Part shown: positions 7,868 through 17,697 of the stretch, piece by piece
Layout: every line of letters starts with the position of its first letter
Numbering within the stretch: the stretch's first letter is position 1
Virus record (IMG/VR): IMGVR_UViG_3300030106_001081
Span: 1 to 62,280 of that record
Direction: 5' to 3' (one strand)
Source of the DNA: a virus
Taxonomy: Duplodnaviria > Caudoviricetes
Length of the DNA stretch: 62,280 nt
Notes under the pieces: model-generated
Told to the model about the DNA's origin: nothing
Databases searched by the model: none
The model's input: the letters and a program-made list of their open reading frames with translations, nothing else
Program-made: the position numbers and the translations under genes

Positions 7868-9744
7868 TGGACTTAATTACTCTAGATTTTGAAACATACT
7901 ACGATAAGGACGTATCTTTACGTAAGATGACAACAGAGGAATATGTACGTGACCCATCGTTTGAAGTTATAGGCGTATGTGTTAAGGTAAACAACGAAGC
8001 AACGGAGTGGGCGAGTGGTACACACGAACAGATCAAGGAGTATTTACATACTTTTAAATGGACAGAAGCTATGGTCCTTGCTCACAACACGATGTTTGAC
8101 GGTGCTATACTTAATTGGCATTTTGGCATTAGTCCTCGTGTATATACCGATACTCTTTGTATTGGTCGTGCTATTCATGGAGTTGAACATAGTGTAAGTC
8201 TCAAAGCCTTGGCTGAACGCTATAACCTTGGAGTTAAAGGAGATGAAGTCCTTAATACTTTAGGGAAGAGACGTGAACAGTTTACAGACGAAGAACTAGA
8301 ACGGTTCGGTGACTATTGCGTCAACGATGTGGAGTTGACATACAAGCTGTTTATGAAAATGGCTAAAGGGTTTCCTAAGAAAGAACTTAAACTTATTGAT
8401 ACGACATTGCGTATGTTTGTAGAGCCTGTACTACGTCTAGATTTACAGCTGTTGGAAGAACATCTTACAGTAACACGTCAACGTAAAGAACACTTACTTT
8501 CCCTGGCGGGCGCTGAACGTGATGATTTGATGAGCAACCCCAAGTTTGCAGAACTACTAAAAGGTCTTGGTGTTGAGCCACCCACAAAGATAAGTCCTAC
8601 AACAGGAAAAGAAACTCTTGCTTTGGCAAAGTCAGACGAAGGGTTTAAGGCACTTGAAAGTCACCCAGACGAGAGGGTGCAACAGCTTGTAGCAGCAAGG
8701 CTTGGCAACAAAAGCACGTTGGAAGAAACAAGAACTCAACGGTTTATTGATATATCTAATCGTGGGTTATTGCCCGTGCCTGTTCGGTATTATGCAGCGC
8801 ACACGGGTCGTTGGGGTGGTGACGACAAGATCAATCTACAAAACCTACCTAGCCGTGGGGTCAACGGTAAGAAGTTAAAGCAGAGTATACTTGCACCCGA
8901 AGGACACACATTGATAGACGCTGACTCGGCACAGATCGAAGCAAGAGTATTGGCGTGGCTTGCAGAGCAAGATGATTTGACGCAAGCTTTCGAGGATGGC
9001 GAGGATGTATATAAGAAGATGGCATCACGCATCTATGGGGTCAAAGAAGAAGATGTTACTAAAGATCAAAGGTTCGTTGGTAAGACAACTATCTTGGGTG
9101 CAGGGTATGGTATGGGGGCGCAGAAGTTTCAGAACCAACTGCAAACATTTGGGTTTGATATGGAGTTGGATGAAGCGAGGCGTGTTATAAAGATATATCG
9201 TGAAGCTAACTATAAGATTAGCGGTCTATGGAAAACTTGTCAGAACATGTTAGTAGATATGTCACGAGGTGATGCGCAGGGTCCCTCACATAGTTTTGGT
9301 ACAAATGGTTTGATTAAATACGGTGCATCAGGTGATTATGTACGTAATGAAAAACATTTATATGCTTGTGATGCGTGGATGCGCTTGCCCTCTGAACTTT
9401 TATTACGATACGAAGACTTACAGTTCGACCAGACTGACAAGGGTGTAGAGTTTCATTACAAAGTTCGTCGTGGACGTAACAGGATATACGGCGGTAAGAT
9501 TATAGAGAACGTATGTCAAGCCATAGCACGTTGTATTATTGGCGAACAAATGTTAAAGATAGCTAAGAAACACAGGGTCGTTTTGACAGTCCATGACTCT
9601 GTGGTATGCTGTGTAAGAGATGAGGACGTAGCAGAAGCGCAAGAATACGTCGAAGAATGTATGCGTTGGACACCCGATTGGGCAAAAGGTTTACCGATTA
9701 ATTGTGAGTCGGGAACAGGCAAATCATATGGAGATTGTGAATGA
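7867..9744 (+). CDS. polA: family A DNA polymerase with 3'-5' exonuclease
   Basis: Exo DFETYY/HN..FD/YC.ND; TGRWGG, NLQNLP, motif A DSAQIEAR, motif B RFVGKTTILGAGYG, motif C VHD. Confidence 0.95.
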   Translation: MDLITLDFETYYDKDVSLRKMTTEEYVRDPSFEVIGVCVKVNNEATEWASGTHEQIKEYLHTFKWTEAMVLAHNTMFDGAILNWHFGISPRVYTDTLCIGRAIHGVEHSVSLKALAERYNLGVKGDEVLNTLGKRREQFTDEELERFGDYCVNDVELTYKLFMKMAKGFPKKELKLIDTTLRMFVEPVLRLDLQLLEEHLTVTRQRKEHLLSLAGAERDDLMSNPKFAELLKGLGVEPPTKISPTTGKETLALAKSDEGFKALESHPDERVQQLVAARLGNKSTLEETRTQRFIDISNRGLLPVPVRYYAAHTGRWGGDDKINLQNLPSRGVNGKKLKQSILAPEGHTLIDADSAQIEARVLAWLAEQDDLTQAFEDGEDVYKKMASRIYGVKEEDVTKDQRFVGKTTILGAGYGMGAQKFQNQLQTFGFDMELDEARRVIKIYREANYKISGLWKTCQNMLVDMSRGDAQGPSHSFGTNGLIKYGASGDYVRNEKHLYACDAWMRLPSELLLRYEDLQFDQTDKGVEFHYKVRRGRNRIYGGKIIENVCQAIARCIIGEQMLKIAKKHRVVLTVHDSVVCCVRDEDVAEAQEYVEECMRWTPDWAKGLPINCESGTGKSYGDCE

Positions 9745-9977
9745 CAGATGAAGAGGAAAAAGAAGAAGTTAAAAAACTTTTTAGGAGAAGGAGATGGGCT
9801 GACTTACAACATGCAATTCACGATCCTAATTATGTTGATAATTCTATTTTAGATAAAGATGCAGACAAATGGTTGGTTCGTTTAAATAGTTATCAATATC
9901 CATTAGAAAGAAGCCCTCAAGAAATGGAACGAAGGTATGTTGCAAATAAAAAAAGAGAGAAAAAATATGAGAAATAA
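9741..9977 (+). CDS. hypothetical protein
   Basis: 78-aa ORF overlapping the polA stop, GGAG RBS. Confidence 0.6.
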   Translation: MTDEEEKEEVKKLFRRRRWADLQHAIHDPNYVDNSILDKDADKWLVRLNSYQYPLERSPQEMERRYVANKKREKKYEK

Positions 9978-10197
9978 AGAAGAATTTGATGAACTTTGTC
10001 TTAAAGCATGGGAAGAAACAAAAGAACGAATAAAAGATTCTGCTCCAGAAGATTTTAAACGATTAAACAAAATGTCCTACAAATTATTTAAGCAAGGTTT
10101 ATGGCACGGTTGGAACTCTGGATCACGAAGTGTGGTAAATGAATTAATAAGGGAAGGTGTGTTAAAAGTTCCCAAAGAGGTTGAAGTTTTTCAATGA
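9967..10197 (+). CDS. hypothetical protein
   Basis: ATG 9967, coupled (ATGA) to the nuclease. Confidence 0.6.
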   Translation: MRNKEEFDELCLKAWEETKERIKDSAPEDFKRLNKMSYKLFKQGLWHGWNSGSRSVVNELIREGVLKVPKEVEVFQ

Positions 10198-10859
10198 GCA
10201 TAGCACCGTGGTCATTTAGTAGAATAAAAAGCTTTGAGCAATGCCCGAAGCAGTTCTACCATATGAAGATAGCCAAGGATTACAAAGAACCATACACCGA
10301 AGCTATGCGTTATGGAACAGAGGCCCACCTCGTTGCTGAAGAATTTATACGTGATGGAAAACCCGTGCCTGATAAGTTTGCTTACATGAGAGGCCCCCTG
10401 GAGTCCCTACGTAACAGACGTGGTAACAAGTTAACAGAAATACGTATGGGTTTGACATCAGATTTAGAACCTTGTGGATTTAGAGATGAGAACGTGTGGT
10501 GGCGTGGTATCGCTGATCTTGTTATTATGGATGGAGCAAAGGCATGGGTGGTAGACTATAAAACAAGCAAGTCTGCTAAATATGCAGATAAAGGTCAGCT
10601 TGAGTTAATGGCTATGGCGACCTTCAAACATTTCCCAGAAGTAACACAAGTTAATGCAGGGTTGATGTTTGTTATAGCTAAAAAGTTTGTTAAAGAGAAA
10701 TATACAGATGACATGCTACCTGCTTTGTGGGATAAATGGTTAGCGAGTTACAAACAGATGGAGATTGCATACGAAGAGGATGTTTGGAACGCAAGACCAA
10801 GTGGACTGTGCAGAAAACACTGTGCAGTAATCGAATGTGTATACAATGGGAGTAATTGA
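10194..10859 (+). CDS. PD-(D/E)XK exonuclease, Cas4/RecB-like, with four Cys (possible Fe-S)
   Basis: WSFS..FEQCP, GTEAH, GIAD, VDYKT, QL; C-terminal CRKHCAVIEC. Confidence 0.85.
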   Translation: MSIAPWSFSRIKSFEQCPKQFYHMKIAKDYKEPYTEAMRYGTEAHLVAEEFIRDGKPVPDKFAYMRGPLESLRNRRGNKLTEIRMGLTSDLEPCGFRDENVWWRGIADLVIMDGAKAWVVDYKTSKSAKYADKGQLELMAMATFKHFPEVTQVNAGLMFVIAKKFVKEKYTDDMLPALWDKWLASYKQMEIAYEEDVWNARPSGLCRKHCAVIECVYNGSN

Positions 10860-11113
10860 TGCCATATACAAAATCACCTAGACCATACAAACGTGAATAT
10901 CAACTACAAAAAAGACGTGGGGAAAATCCAGAAAGAGCAGAGCGACAACGTGCTAGACGTGCCTATGATAAAAAAGGCATCAACCGCAGAGGTAAAGACA
11001 TATCACACAATAAGATGTTAAGCAAAGGTGGGTCTAACAAGGACGGTACGAGATTAGAAAGCCCTTCAAAGAACCGTGCAAGAAACGGACAAAAAAAGAA
11101 AGGTAAGAAATGA
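10856..11113 (+). CDS. small basic HNH-like endonuclease
   Basis: GKDISH....SKGGSN....NRARN pattern. Confidence 0.6.
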   Translation: MMPYTKSPRPYKREYQLQKRRGENPERAERQRARRAYDKKGINRRGKDISHNKMLSKGGSNKDGTRLESPSKNRARNGQKKKGKK

Positions 11114-11397
11114 AAAAGAAAGACCCAAAAACAGGAACAGGTAAAAAACCGAAGGGGTCAGGGCGTAGGCTATATACAGACGAGAACCCTAAAGATACTG
11201 TTCCTATTAAGTTTGCTACCGTTGCTGATGCTAGAGCTACAGCCAACAAGGTTAAAAAAATTAATAAACCTTTTGCTAGGAAGATACAGATACTTACCGT
11301 GGTAGAACAAAGAGCCAAAGTAGCAGGTAAACCAGAACAAGCCGCAATCGCTCGTAGAGCAAAAGAACAACTAAGAGCAAAACATAAAAAGAAATAG
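11110..11397 (+). CDS. basic hypothetical protein
   Basis: 95-aa Lys-rich ORF with overlapping start. Confidence 0.75.
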   Translation: MKKKDPKTGTGKKPKGSGRRLYTDENPKDTVPIKFATVADARATANKVKKINKPFARKIQILTVVEQRAKVAGKPEQAAIARRAKEQLRAKHKKK

Positions 11398-11415
11398 ATA
11401 ACTTGGGAGAGTTAA

Positions 11416-12951
11416 ATGGAAATAATAAACGACAAGGCGTTGTTGTTACGTCTACGTGACCCTGATAAAGTAACGAGTGTTATACCCAAAAGTAAAGACG
11501 TTGGAGATAACAGGGTCGTTGTGCATTGGGGGTTGCAAGAAGCAGTGAGCCTCAACTTGCTTGACATAAAAGCTCCGTCACCCATAGAAAAACTGTATCA
11601 ATGGACAGGTAAGCACAAACCGTTCAAGCACCAAATAGCAACAGCATCTTTTCTTACATTAAATAAGAAAGCGTTTTGTTTTAATGAACAAGGCACAGGT
11701 AAGACAGCAAGTGCTATTTGGGCATCAGATTATTTACTTAAACACAAAATCATAAACCGTGTATTAGTTATCTGCCCGCTCTCGATTATGGATAGTGCAT
11801 GGCGTGATGACTTGTTTACATTTGCTACACACAGGACAGTATCTGTAGCACATGGTGCATCACAAAAGAGAAAGAAGATAGTCAACGAGGGTTCTGAATA
11901 TGTTATAATAAACTATGATGGTGTAGCCATAGTGTTAGATGAAATACGAAAAGGCGGATTTGACCTTATTATTGTAGACGAGGCAACGCACTATAAGAAC
12001 GCACAAACTACACGTTGGAAAACATTGAGACAGTTAATAGGTGAAAGTACGTGGCTGTGGATGATGACAGGAACTCCCGCAGCGCAAAATCCTACAGATG
12101 CTTACGGGCTTGCAAAACTTGTAAACCCTAATGGAGTGCCAAGATTTTTTGGGTCCTTCAAAGACCAACTTATGTATAAAGTATCACAGTTTACATGGAA
12201 AGTCCGAGAATCTGCTACAGACACTGTTTACAGGGCGTTACAACCTGCAATACGATTTACAAAAGAAGAATGTCTTGATCTCCCCGAAATGGTATTTACC
12301 AAACGTGCTGTGGAAATGACCGCACAACAAAAGAAATACTACAAACAACTCAAAGATCAAATGGTCATGGACATAACAGGCGAACAAGTTACCGCCATGA
12401 ATGCAGCAGTGAGCCTTAACAAGTTATTACAAATATCTGCGGGTGCTGTATACACGGATGGAGGTGATGCACTAGAGTTTGATATTAGACACCGATACAA
12501 AGTTTTGCGGGAAGTCATTGATGAATCAAGTCAAAAGATATTAATATTTGTACCATTCAAGCACGTCATTGATATATTGACAGACAAGCTAAGAGGTGAA
12601 GGCATAACCACAGAAATTATACGTGGTGATGTTCCTGCACATAAAAGGACAAGTATATTTAAAGCTTTTCAAGAGTCCGTAGACCCGAAAGTTCTAGTGA
12701 TACAACCACAAGCTGCGTCGCACGGTGTCACGTTAACAGCCGCTAACACAGTGGTGTGGTGGGGGCCTACAAGTTCATTAGAGACATACGACCAAGCGAA
12801 TGCAAGGGTACATAGATCAGGGCAGAAGCATAAATCTACGGTAATACAACTACAAGGCTCTGCCGCAGAAAAACACGTTTATAGACTATTAGATAAAAGA
12901 ATAAACGTACACGCAAAACTTACAGATTTATACAAAGAAATACTTGACTAA
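11416..12951 (+). CDS. SNF2-family (SF2) helicase
   Basis: EQGTGKT, DEAT, MTGTP, QANARVHRSGQ. Confidence 0.92.
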   Translation: MEIINDKALLLRLRDPDKVTSVIPKSKDVGDNRVVVHWGLQEAVSLNLLDIKAPSPIEKLYQWTGKHKPFKHQIATASFLTLNKKAFCFNEQGTGKTASAIWASDYLLKHKIINRVLVICPLSIMDSAWRDDLFTFATHRTVSVAHGASQKRKKIVNEGSEYVIINYDGVAIVLDEIRKGGFDLIIVDEATHYKNAQTTRWKTLRQLIGESTWLWMMTGTPAAQNPTDAYGLAKLVNPNGVPRFFGSFKDQLMYKVSQFTWKVRESATDTVYRALQPAIRFTKEECLDLPEMVFTKRAVEMTAQQKKYYKQLKDQMVMDITGEQVTAMNAAVSLNKLLQISAGAVYTDGGDALEFDIRHRYKVLREVIDESSQKILIFVPFKHVIDILTDKLRGEGITTEIIRGDVPAHKRTSIFKAFQESVDPKVLVIQPQAASHGVTLTAANTVVWWGPTSSLETYDQANARVHRSGQKHKSTVIQLQGSAAEKHVYRLLDKRINVHAKLTDLYKEILD

Positions 12952-13003
12952 CGTATTATTAGTTATTATATGTAACTATACGATAGTTGAGAGGGAGAAT
13001 TAA

Positions 13004-13396
13004 ATGAGTGATATAACACCAGATAAGCTGACAAAAGCTTACATAAATATAAGAGCAGAACGGTCTGCGCTTTCCGCAGACTATAAAGAAAAAGATGGGG
13101 AGTTAGCAAGGCAACTTGACCGTCTTAAACAGGCTATGCTTGACCATTGTGAACGCCACAATGCGGAAAGTGTTAGAACTTCAGAAGGATTGTTTTTTAG
13201 GTCTAAGAGAACAAAGTATTGGGTAAAAGATTGGGATGCCATGCACAACTTTATAAAAGAGCATGATGTTCCAGAACTACTTGATAAGCGTATAAACCAG
13301 ACCAATACAAGACAATTCTTAGAAGAAAACCCTACCCTAATTCCAGACGGTTTAGATACTGAAACGGAATTAGTAATTTCTGTGAGGAAAAAATGA
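13004..13396 (+). CDS. conserved coiled-coil replication-module protein
   Basis: GAGGGAG RBS; helical N-terminus then RTSEG..W..DW. Confidence 0.75.
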   Translation: MSDITPDKLTKAYINIRAERSALSADYKEKDGELARQLDRLKQAMLDHCERHNAESVRTSEGLFFRSKRTKYWVKDWDAMHNFIKEHDVPELLDKRINQTNTRQFLEENPTLIPDGLDTETELVISVRKK

Positions 13397-13656
13397 ATGA
13401 ACCTTTTGTGTCAATAGAAGATGTAGCCAAACATTTTAGTGTGTCTATATCGACTGTGCGTTCTTGGGTGCGTCAAAAACGTATTCCTGAAAACACCTAT
13501 ATTAAAATAGGTAACACTCAGCGATTTCGTATTAGAGACGTAGCCGATGCACTAACTAATGCTAAAAAAGAAACAATACATGTGATTGATTCGATCAAGA
13601 ATATGCACAAAATCAACGACGATCTAGACTTCAACGATCTAGACGAAGATATATAA
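13393..13656 (+). CDS. MerR/excisionase-like HTH protein
   Basis: SIEDVAKHFSVSISTVRSWVR...IP...KIG...RF. Confidence 0.8.
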   Translation: MNEPFVSIEDVAKHFSVSISTVRSWVRQKRIPENTYIKIGNTQRFRIRDVADALTNAKKETIHVIDSIKNMHKINDDLDFNDLDEDI

Positions 13657-13677
13657 ATAGGAAGTGGAGAAGCGAAT

Positions 13678-14337
13678 ATGGAAACATATATAATAAAAAA
13701 TGTAGAGGCTTTATGGCCTAAAATTAATACTACCTATCACTTTGATAGTAAGGTAAACAAGTCAATGCCCTGCGGTGCATTAGACGACGGTGCAGAATAT
13801 TCTATACAATTTCGTATGAACGATGCGACTGCAAAAGCTTTGTATATAGCTATGGCTAAGTCTTACCAAGCAAACAGGAAAGACAAATGGGCAGAAAAAC
13901 TAGAGCGTCCGTTTGTTAAAGACGATGACGGTATGTTTACCCACAAGGCTAACTTGAAGGGTGCATACAGCAACAACAAAACAACTAAGCCTTTACAGGT
14001 TGATGCACAAAATACGAAGTTACCAGATGACTTCTTGCTTACAACAGGTAGTACAGTAAATATTGCTGTAACATTTAACCCTTATGATTTTGGGGGTAAA
14101 CAGAATGTAAACCTACGTTTGAAAGCCGTGCAAGTTGTTAAGTACGTACCTATGGAAGATAGAAATCCTTTTGAATCTGTCGAAGGATTTACTATAGGAG
14201 ATGACCCAAACCCTTTTATTGAAGAACCAAAAGAAGAGGTTGTCGAAGAGCCAAAGAAGGTCGTTAAAAAATCATCTCCTCCACCCAAAGATGACGATGA
14301 CGGGCTGAGTGATATTGTTGATAATTGGGACGACTAA
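13678..14337 (+). CDS. single-stranded DNA-binding protein (gp2.5-like OB fold)
   Basis: GSTVNI, LRLKAVQVVKY, acidic C-terminal tail ending NWDD. Confidence 0.7.
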   Translation: METYIIKNVEALWPKINTTYHFDSKVNKSMPCGALDDGAEYSIQFRMNDATAKALYIAMAKSYQANRKDKWAEKLERPFVKDDDGMFTHKANLKGAYSNNKTTKPLQVDAQNTKLPDDFLLTTGSTVNIAVTFNPYDFGGKQNVNLRLKAVQVVKYVPMEDRNPFESVEGFTIGDDPNPFIEEPKEEVVEEPKKVVKKSSPPPKDDDDGLSDIVDNWDD

Positions 14338-14351
14338 TTATAATATCATTC

Positions 14352-14391
14352 CACTACGGCAGAAATCATGTACCTCTGCCGTAGTGTCTTT
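14352..14391 (+). terminator. 12-bp perfect stem-loop after SSB
   Basis: CACTACGGCAGA-N11-TCTGCCGTAGTG followed by TCTTT. Confidence 0.6.
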
Positions 14392-14408
14392 AAATATGGG
14401 TGGAGATT

Positions 14409-17174
14409 ATGGAAGCAAAAACATTTTTAGAAAATGTATTGGGGAGTGACGGTTATTACAGCGTATTAGCATTAAATGCCAATAAACGGATACAAAAAAT
14501 ATATAACTCTGTTGAGGCTGTATTACACGAAACAAATACCCTAGATACACAAGGATTTAATACTTTTTATGGGTTGGCTACTTTAGAAGATGGTAGCAGT
14601 CGTAAAAGTGAAAACGTAAAACATCTTAAGTCATTCTTTTTAGATTTAGACTGTGGAGAGGGTAAAGACTACCCAAACCAAACAGAAGCGATCAACGCTC
14701 TACGCGTATTTGTAAAGACGTTATCTTTACCTAAACCTGTTATGGTGAGTTCTGGATATGGAGTGCATGTCTATTGGATGTTAGAAGATACCGTGCATCC
14801 TGACGAGTGGATTCCCGTAGCAATGCGCCTTAAGAAACTGTGTGTAGAGCATGGGTTGAGGGCCGATCCTGCGGTTACGGCTGACACGGCTAGAGTATTA
14901 CGTGTGCCAGGGACCCACAACCATAAGGGTGACACACCTAAACAAGTTAAGGTGTTAGGTATAGAACCACCAACACTCGTGAACTTTGAAGGTTTTAAAG
15001 AATTGTTGGGCGGAGGTATAACACCTGTACCTGTAAAGGTAGGTTCTTTTAAGAGTGCGATAAGAGAACATGAGAGAGAAAATTCTCAGTACAGTTTTAA
15101 AACTATAATAATTAAGACTAAAGAAGGCACAGGATGCGACCAGATTAAATACATACTGCAGAATAAAAAGAGTATTAGTGAACCGCTATGGAGAGGAGGT
15201 ATATCCGTAGCAAACGAATGTAAGGACTCCGTTAAAGCTATAAAAATTATATCTGAAGGACATGAAGGGTATTCAGAAGAAGCAACGCAAAGAAAAGCAG
15301 ACGGTATAGCAGGGGATTACAAATGCACAACATTTGATGAACTTAACCCTGGAGTTTGTGAGGGTTGTTACAATTTTCGTAAAATAGAGCGTCCGTTAGT
15401 TTTAGGTAAAGAGATAAAGAAAGCACCTCTAGAACATAATGAGATACCTAAATACCCAGAGCCTTACTTCAGAGGTGTAAATGGTGGGGTGTATGTAAGA
15501 TTTCGTAATGCAGATGGCGATCCAGAGGATAAACTTATATATCATAACGACTTATATGTTATTAAACGTATACGTGATGTGGAGATTGGAGAAGCTATTG
15601 TAATGAAGCTCCACTTGCCAAGAGATGGGGTAAGAGAGTTTACAGTACCATTAACTTCTGTAACATCAAAAGAAGAATTAAGAAAACAACTATCTATGCA
15701 GGGCATAGCAGTAACAAGAATGGATGAACTTATGCAATATACAACGACGTGGGTAAATGAACTACAGATGCAAAGCGAAGCTGATGAAGCACGAAGGCAG
15801 TTTGGTTGGACAGATGATGAATTTAGTGGGTTTGTTCTTGGTAATGAAGAGGTTCGAAAAGACGAAATAAAATTTAACCCTCCTGCTACACCAACATTAC
15901 CATTGTTTCATTTGTTTAAACCTAAAGGTACATTAGAGGGTTGGAAGGATGCGGCTAATTTTTACAACCGTGACACCTTTGAACTGCATCAATTTATAGT
16001 CGGTACGTCTTTTGGTTCTCCACTTATGGCTTTAGCTCCTATAAACTGCGCAGGGTTGCATCTGCAAGGTATTACAGGTGTGGGTAAAACAACTGCTATG
16101 AAAGCAGGTTTAGCTATATGGGGAAACCCATCCGAATTAATTTTAGAAGAAGAGGATACAAAGGCTTTTAGTATGAACAGGGGGGAATTATACCATAGTC
16201 TACCTTTTTATTTAGATGAAATTACAAATATGTCAGGTAAAGAAATGTCTGTTTTGGCTTATCAAATTACAGGTGGTAAACAGCGTGGGCGTATGTCAGC
16301 AAACAGTAATGTAGAACGGGCTAGGGGTAAACCTTGGAAATTAATTTGTATTACATCAGGCAATACAAGCATGATAGAAAAAATAAGTTTATATAAAGCA
16401 ATACCTAAAGCAGAGGCACAAAGAGTATTGGAGTGTAGAGTGGCAGGAAAAGTTTTTGATACTAAAAAAGAAACTGATGACCTTTTAGCCGCTATAGATA
16501 ATAACTACGGTCATGCAGGTAAAATATATATACAACATGTTATGAATAATTTAGACGAAATTAAAAAACTTCTTATAGATGTGCAGACAAAAGTTGATAA
16601 AGCCGCAGGATTAAAAGCTGAAAATAGGTTTTGGTCTATACTTGTTTCTTGTACGCTAACAGGAATATTACTGGCAAACCGATTGGGACTTATTAATTAC
16701 GATACAAAGAAAGTATTTGCGTGGGCAATAGGTTTATTAAAAACTAACAAAAACCAAGTTGAAGATATGAGCATGTCTGTAGAAGAAACTCTTAATAACT
16801 ACATACACGAACATTGGAGCAACGTGCTATGGATAAAAAGCACAGATGATTTACGTAAGCAAGATGGTGAGGTCGATGACGATGTTTCGGACCTTATTAT
16901 ACCTGAAGCTAACGCTAGAATTAAATTTATTGCACGATATGAGACAGATTTAAAACGTGCGTATCTTATTCCCAAACCATTAAAGACTTGGTGCGGAGAA
17001 CAACAGATAAATTATAGTTCATTTGTGCATGACCTCAAAACGAAGTTAGGGGCTAAAAGAGCAAAAGTAAGATTAAGTAAAGGCACAAAGTTGCAACTTC
17101 CCGCAACAGATGTACTAGTAGTGGATTGTTCTATAGAAAATGAGACTAAGACAAGGAATACTGAGGACTTATGA
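14409..17174 (+). CDS. primase-helicase (AEP-type primase + Cys cluster + DUF927/P-loop helicase)
   Basis: FFLDLD, SSGYGVHVYW, RVLRVPGT.N.K; C..C cluster; Walker A GITGVGKT, Walker B YLDE. Confidence 0.88.
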   Translation: MEAKTFLENVLGSDGYYSVLALNANKRIQKIYNSVEAVLHETNTLDTQGFNTFYGLATLEDGSSRKSENVKHLKSFFLDLDCGEGKDYPNQTEAINALRVFVKTLSLPKPVMVSSGYGVHVYWMLEDTVHPDEWIPVAMRLKKLCVEHGLRADPAVTADTARVLRVPGTHNHKGDTPKQVKVLGIEPPTLVNFEGFKELLGGGITPVPVKVGSFKSAIREHERENSQYSFKTIIIKTKEGTGCDQIKYILQNKKSISEPLWRGGISVANECKDSVKAIKIISEGHEGYSEEATQRKADGIAGDYKCTTFDELNPGVCEGCYNFRKIERPLVLGKEIKKAPLEHNEIPKYPEPYFRGVNGGVYVRFRNADGDPEDKLIYHNDLYVIKRIRDVEIGEAIVMKLHLPRDGVREFTVPLTSVTSKEELRKQLSMQGIAVTRMDELMQYTTTWVNELQMQSEADEARRQFGWTDDEFSGFVLGNEEVRKDEIKFNPPATPTLPLFHLFKPKGTLEGWKDAANFYNRDTFELHQFIVGTSFGSPLMALAPINCAGLHLQGITGVGKTTAMKAGLAIWGNPSELILEEEDTKAFSMNRGELYHSLPFYLDEITNMSGKEMSVLAYQITGGKQRGRMSANSNVERARGKPWKLICITSGNTSMIEKISLYKAIPKAEAQRVLECRVAGKVFDTKKETDDLLAAIDNNYGHAGKIYIQHVMNNLDEIKKLLIDVQTKVDKAAGLKAENRFWSILVSCTLTGILLANRLGLINYDTKKVFAWAIGLLKTNKNQVEDMSMSVEETLNNYIHEHWSNVLWIKSTDDLRKQDGEVDDDVSDLIIPEANARIKFIARYETDLKRAYLIPKPLKTWCGEQQINYSSFVHDLKTKLGAKRAKVRLSKGTKLQLPATDVLVVDCSIENETKTRNTEDL

Positions 17175-17373
17175 TCTTTGCCCTGACGGAGTGCGGGTTA
17201 TAGTAAACTGGGAACGTATGGTAACAGGTTCTTCTGTGTTCATCCAATGTATCAACACCCAGGCGGCACTACATAGCTTGGTAAAGATAGCAAGAGATAG
17301 GAAATGGGAAATAAAAACAGAAATTCGTATAGAAAATAACAAATTGGGGGTTCGCATGTGGAGAATTGTGTGA
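17140..17373 (+). CDS. hypothetical protein, last gene of the + arm
   Basis: 77-aa ORF; GSSVFI.C and GVR.WR motifs. Confidence 0.7.
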   Translation: MRLRQGILRTYDLCPDGVRVIVNWERMVTGSSVFIQCINTQAALHSLVKIARDRKWEIKTEIRIENNKLGVRMWRIV

Positions 17374-17420
17374 TATGGGTGACGAGACAGATACATTTCT
17401 GTCACTCTCCCTCCCATACT

Positions 17421-17445
17421 AGACCGCCTTCGGGCGGTCTTTTTT
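17421..17445 (+). terminator. intrinsic terminator at the convergence of the two arms
   Basis: AGACCGCC-TTCG-GGCGGTCT-TTTTT. Confidence 0.85.
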
Positions 17446-17686
17446 AAAACCTTTTTGAGTTGAACCCCATATAAGCACCAACAATTCCTGCGCCACTGAG
17501 ATAAAATAAATTTGAAATATCCGACAAAGCATTTACTCTTTCGACAGGTACAAAAAACATTGCTGCTGTGAAAACTCCCATAGACATCAGGGTGTATCTT
17601 GCCATTCTAAGTTGTGCAAGTTGTCTTCTTAAAGCCGCCTTGTCTTCGTTCTTAAAATCTTCTTCTGTTTTATTTTCTTCTTTCAT
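17444..17686 (-). CDS. small 2-TM membrane protein, paralog of 36804..37172
   Basis: MKEENK...FTAAMF...NLFYLSGAGIVGAYMG; two hydrophobic stretches. Confidence 0.7.
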   Translation of the reverse strand: MKEENKTEEDFKNEDKAALRRQLAQLRMARYTLMSMGVFTAAMFFVPVERVNALSDISNLFYLSGAGIVGAYMGFNSKRF

Positions 17687-17697
17687 GTAAAAATTTT

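Noticed and set aside
12944-12972. Middle promoter TTGACT-N17-TATATG
   Set aside because: Plausible location, but the -10 match is weak in AT-rich DNA; not supported enough to call
13393-13656. Excisionase implying an integrated prophage
   Set aside because: No integrase, att site or host genes seen; such HTH genes are common in replication modules
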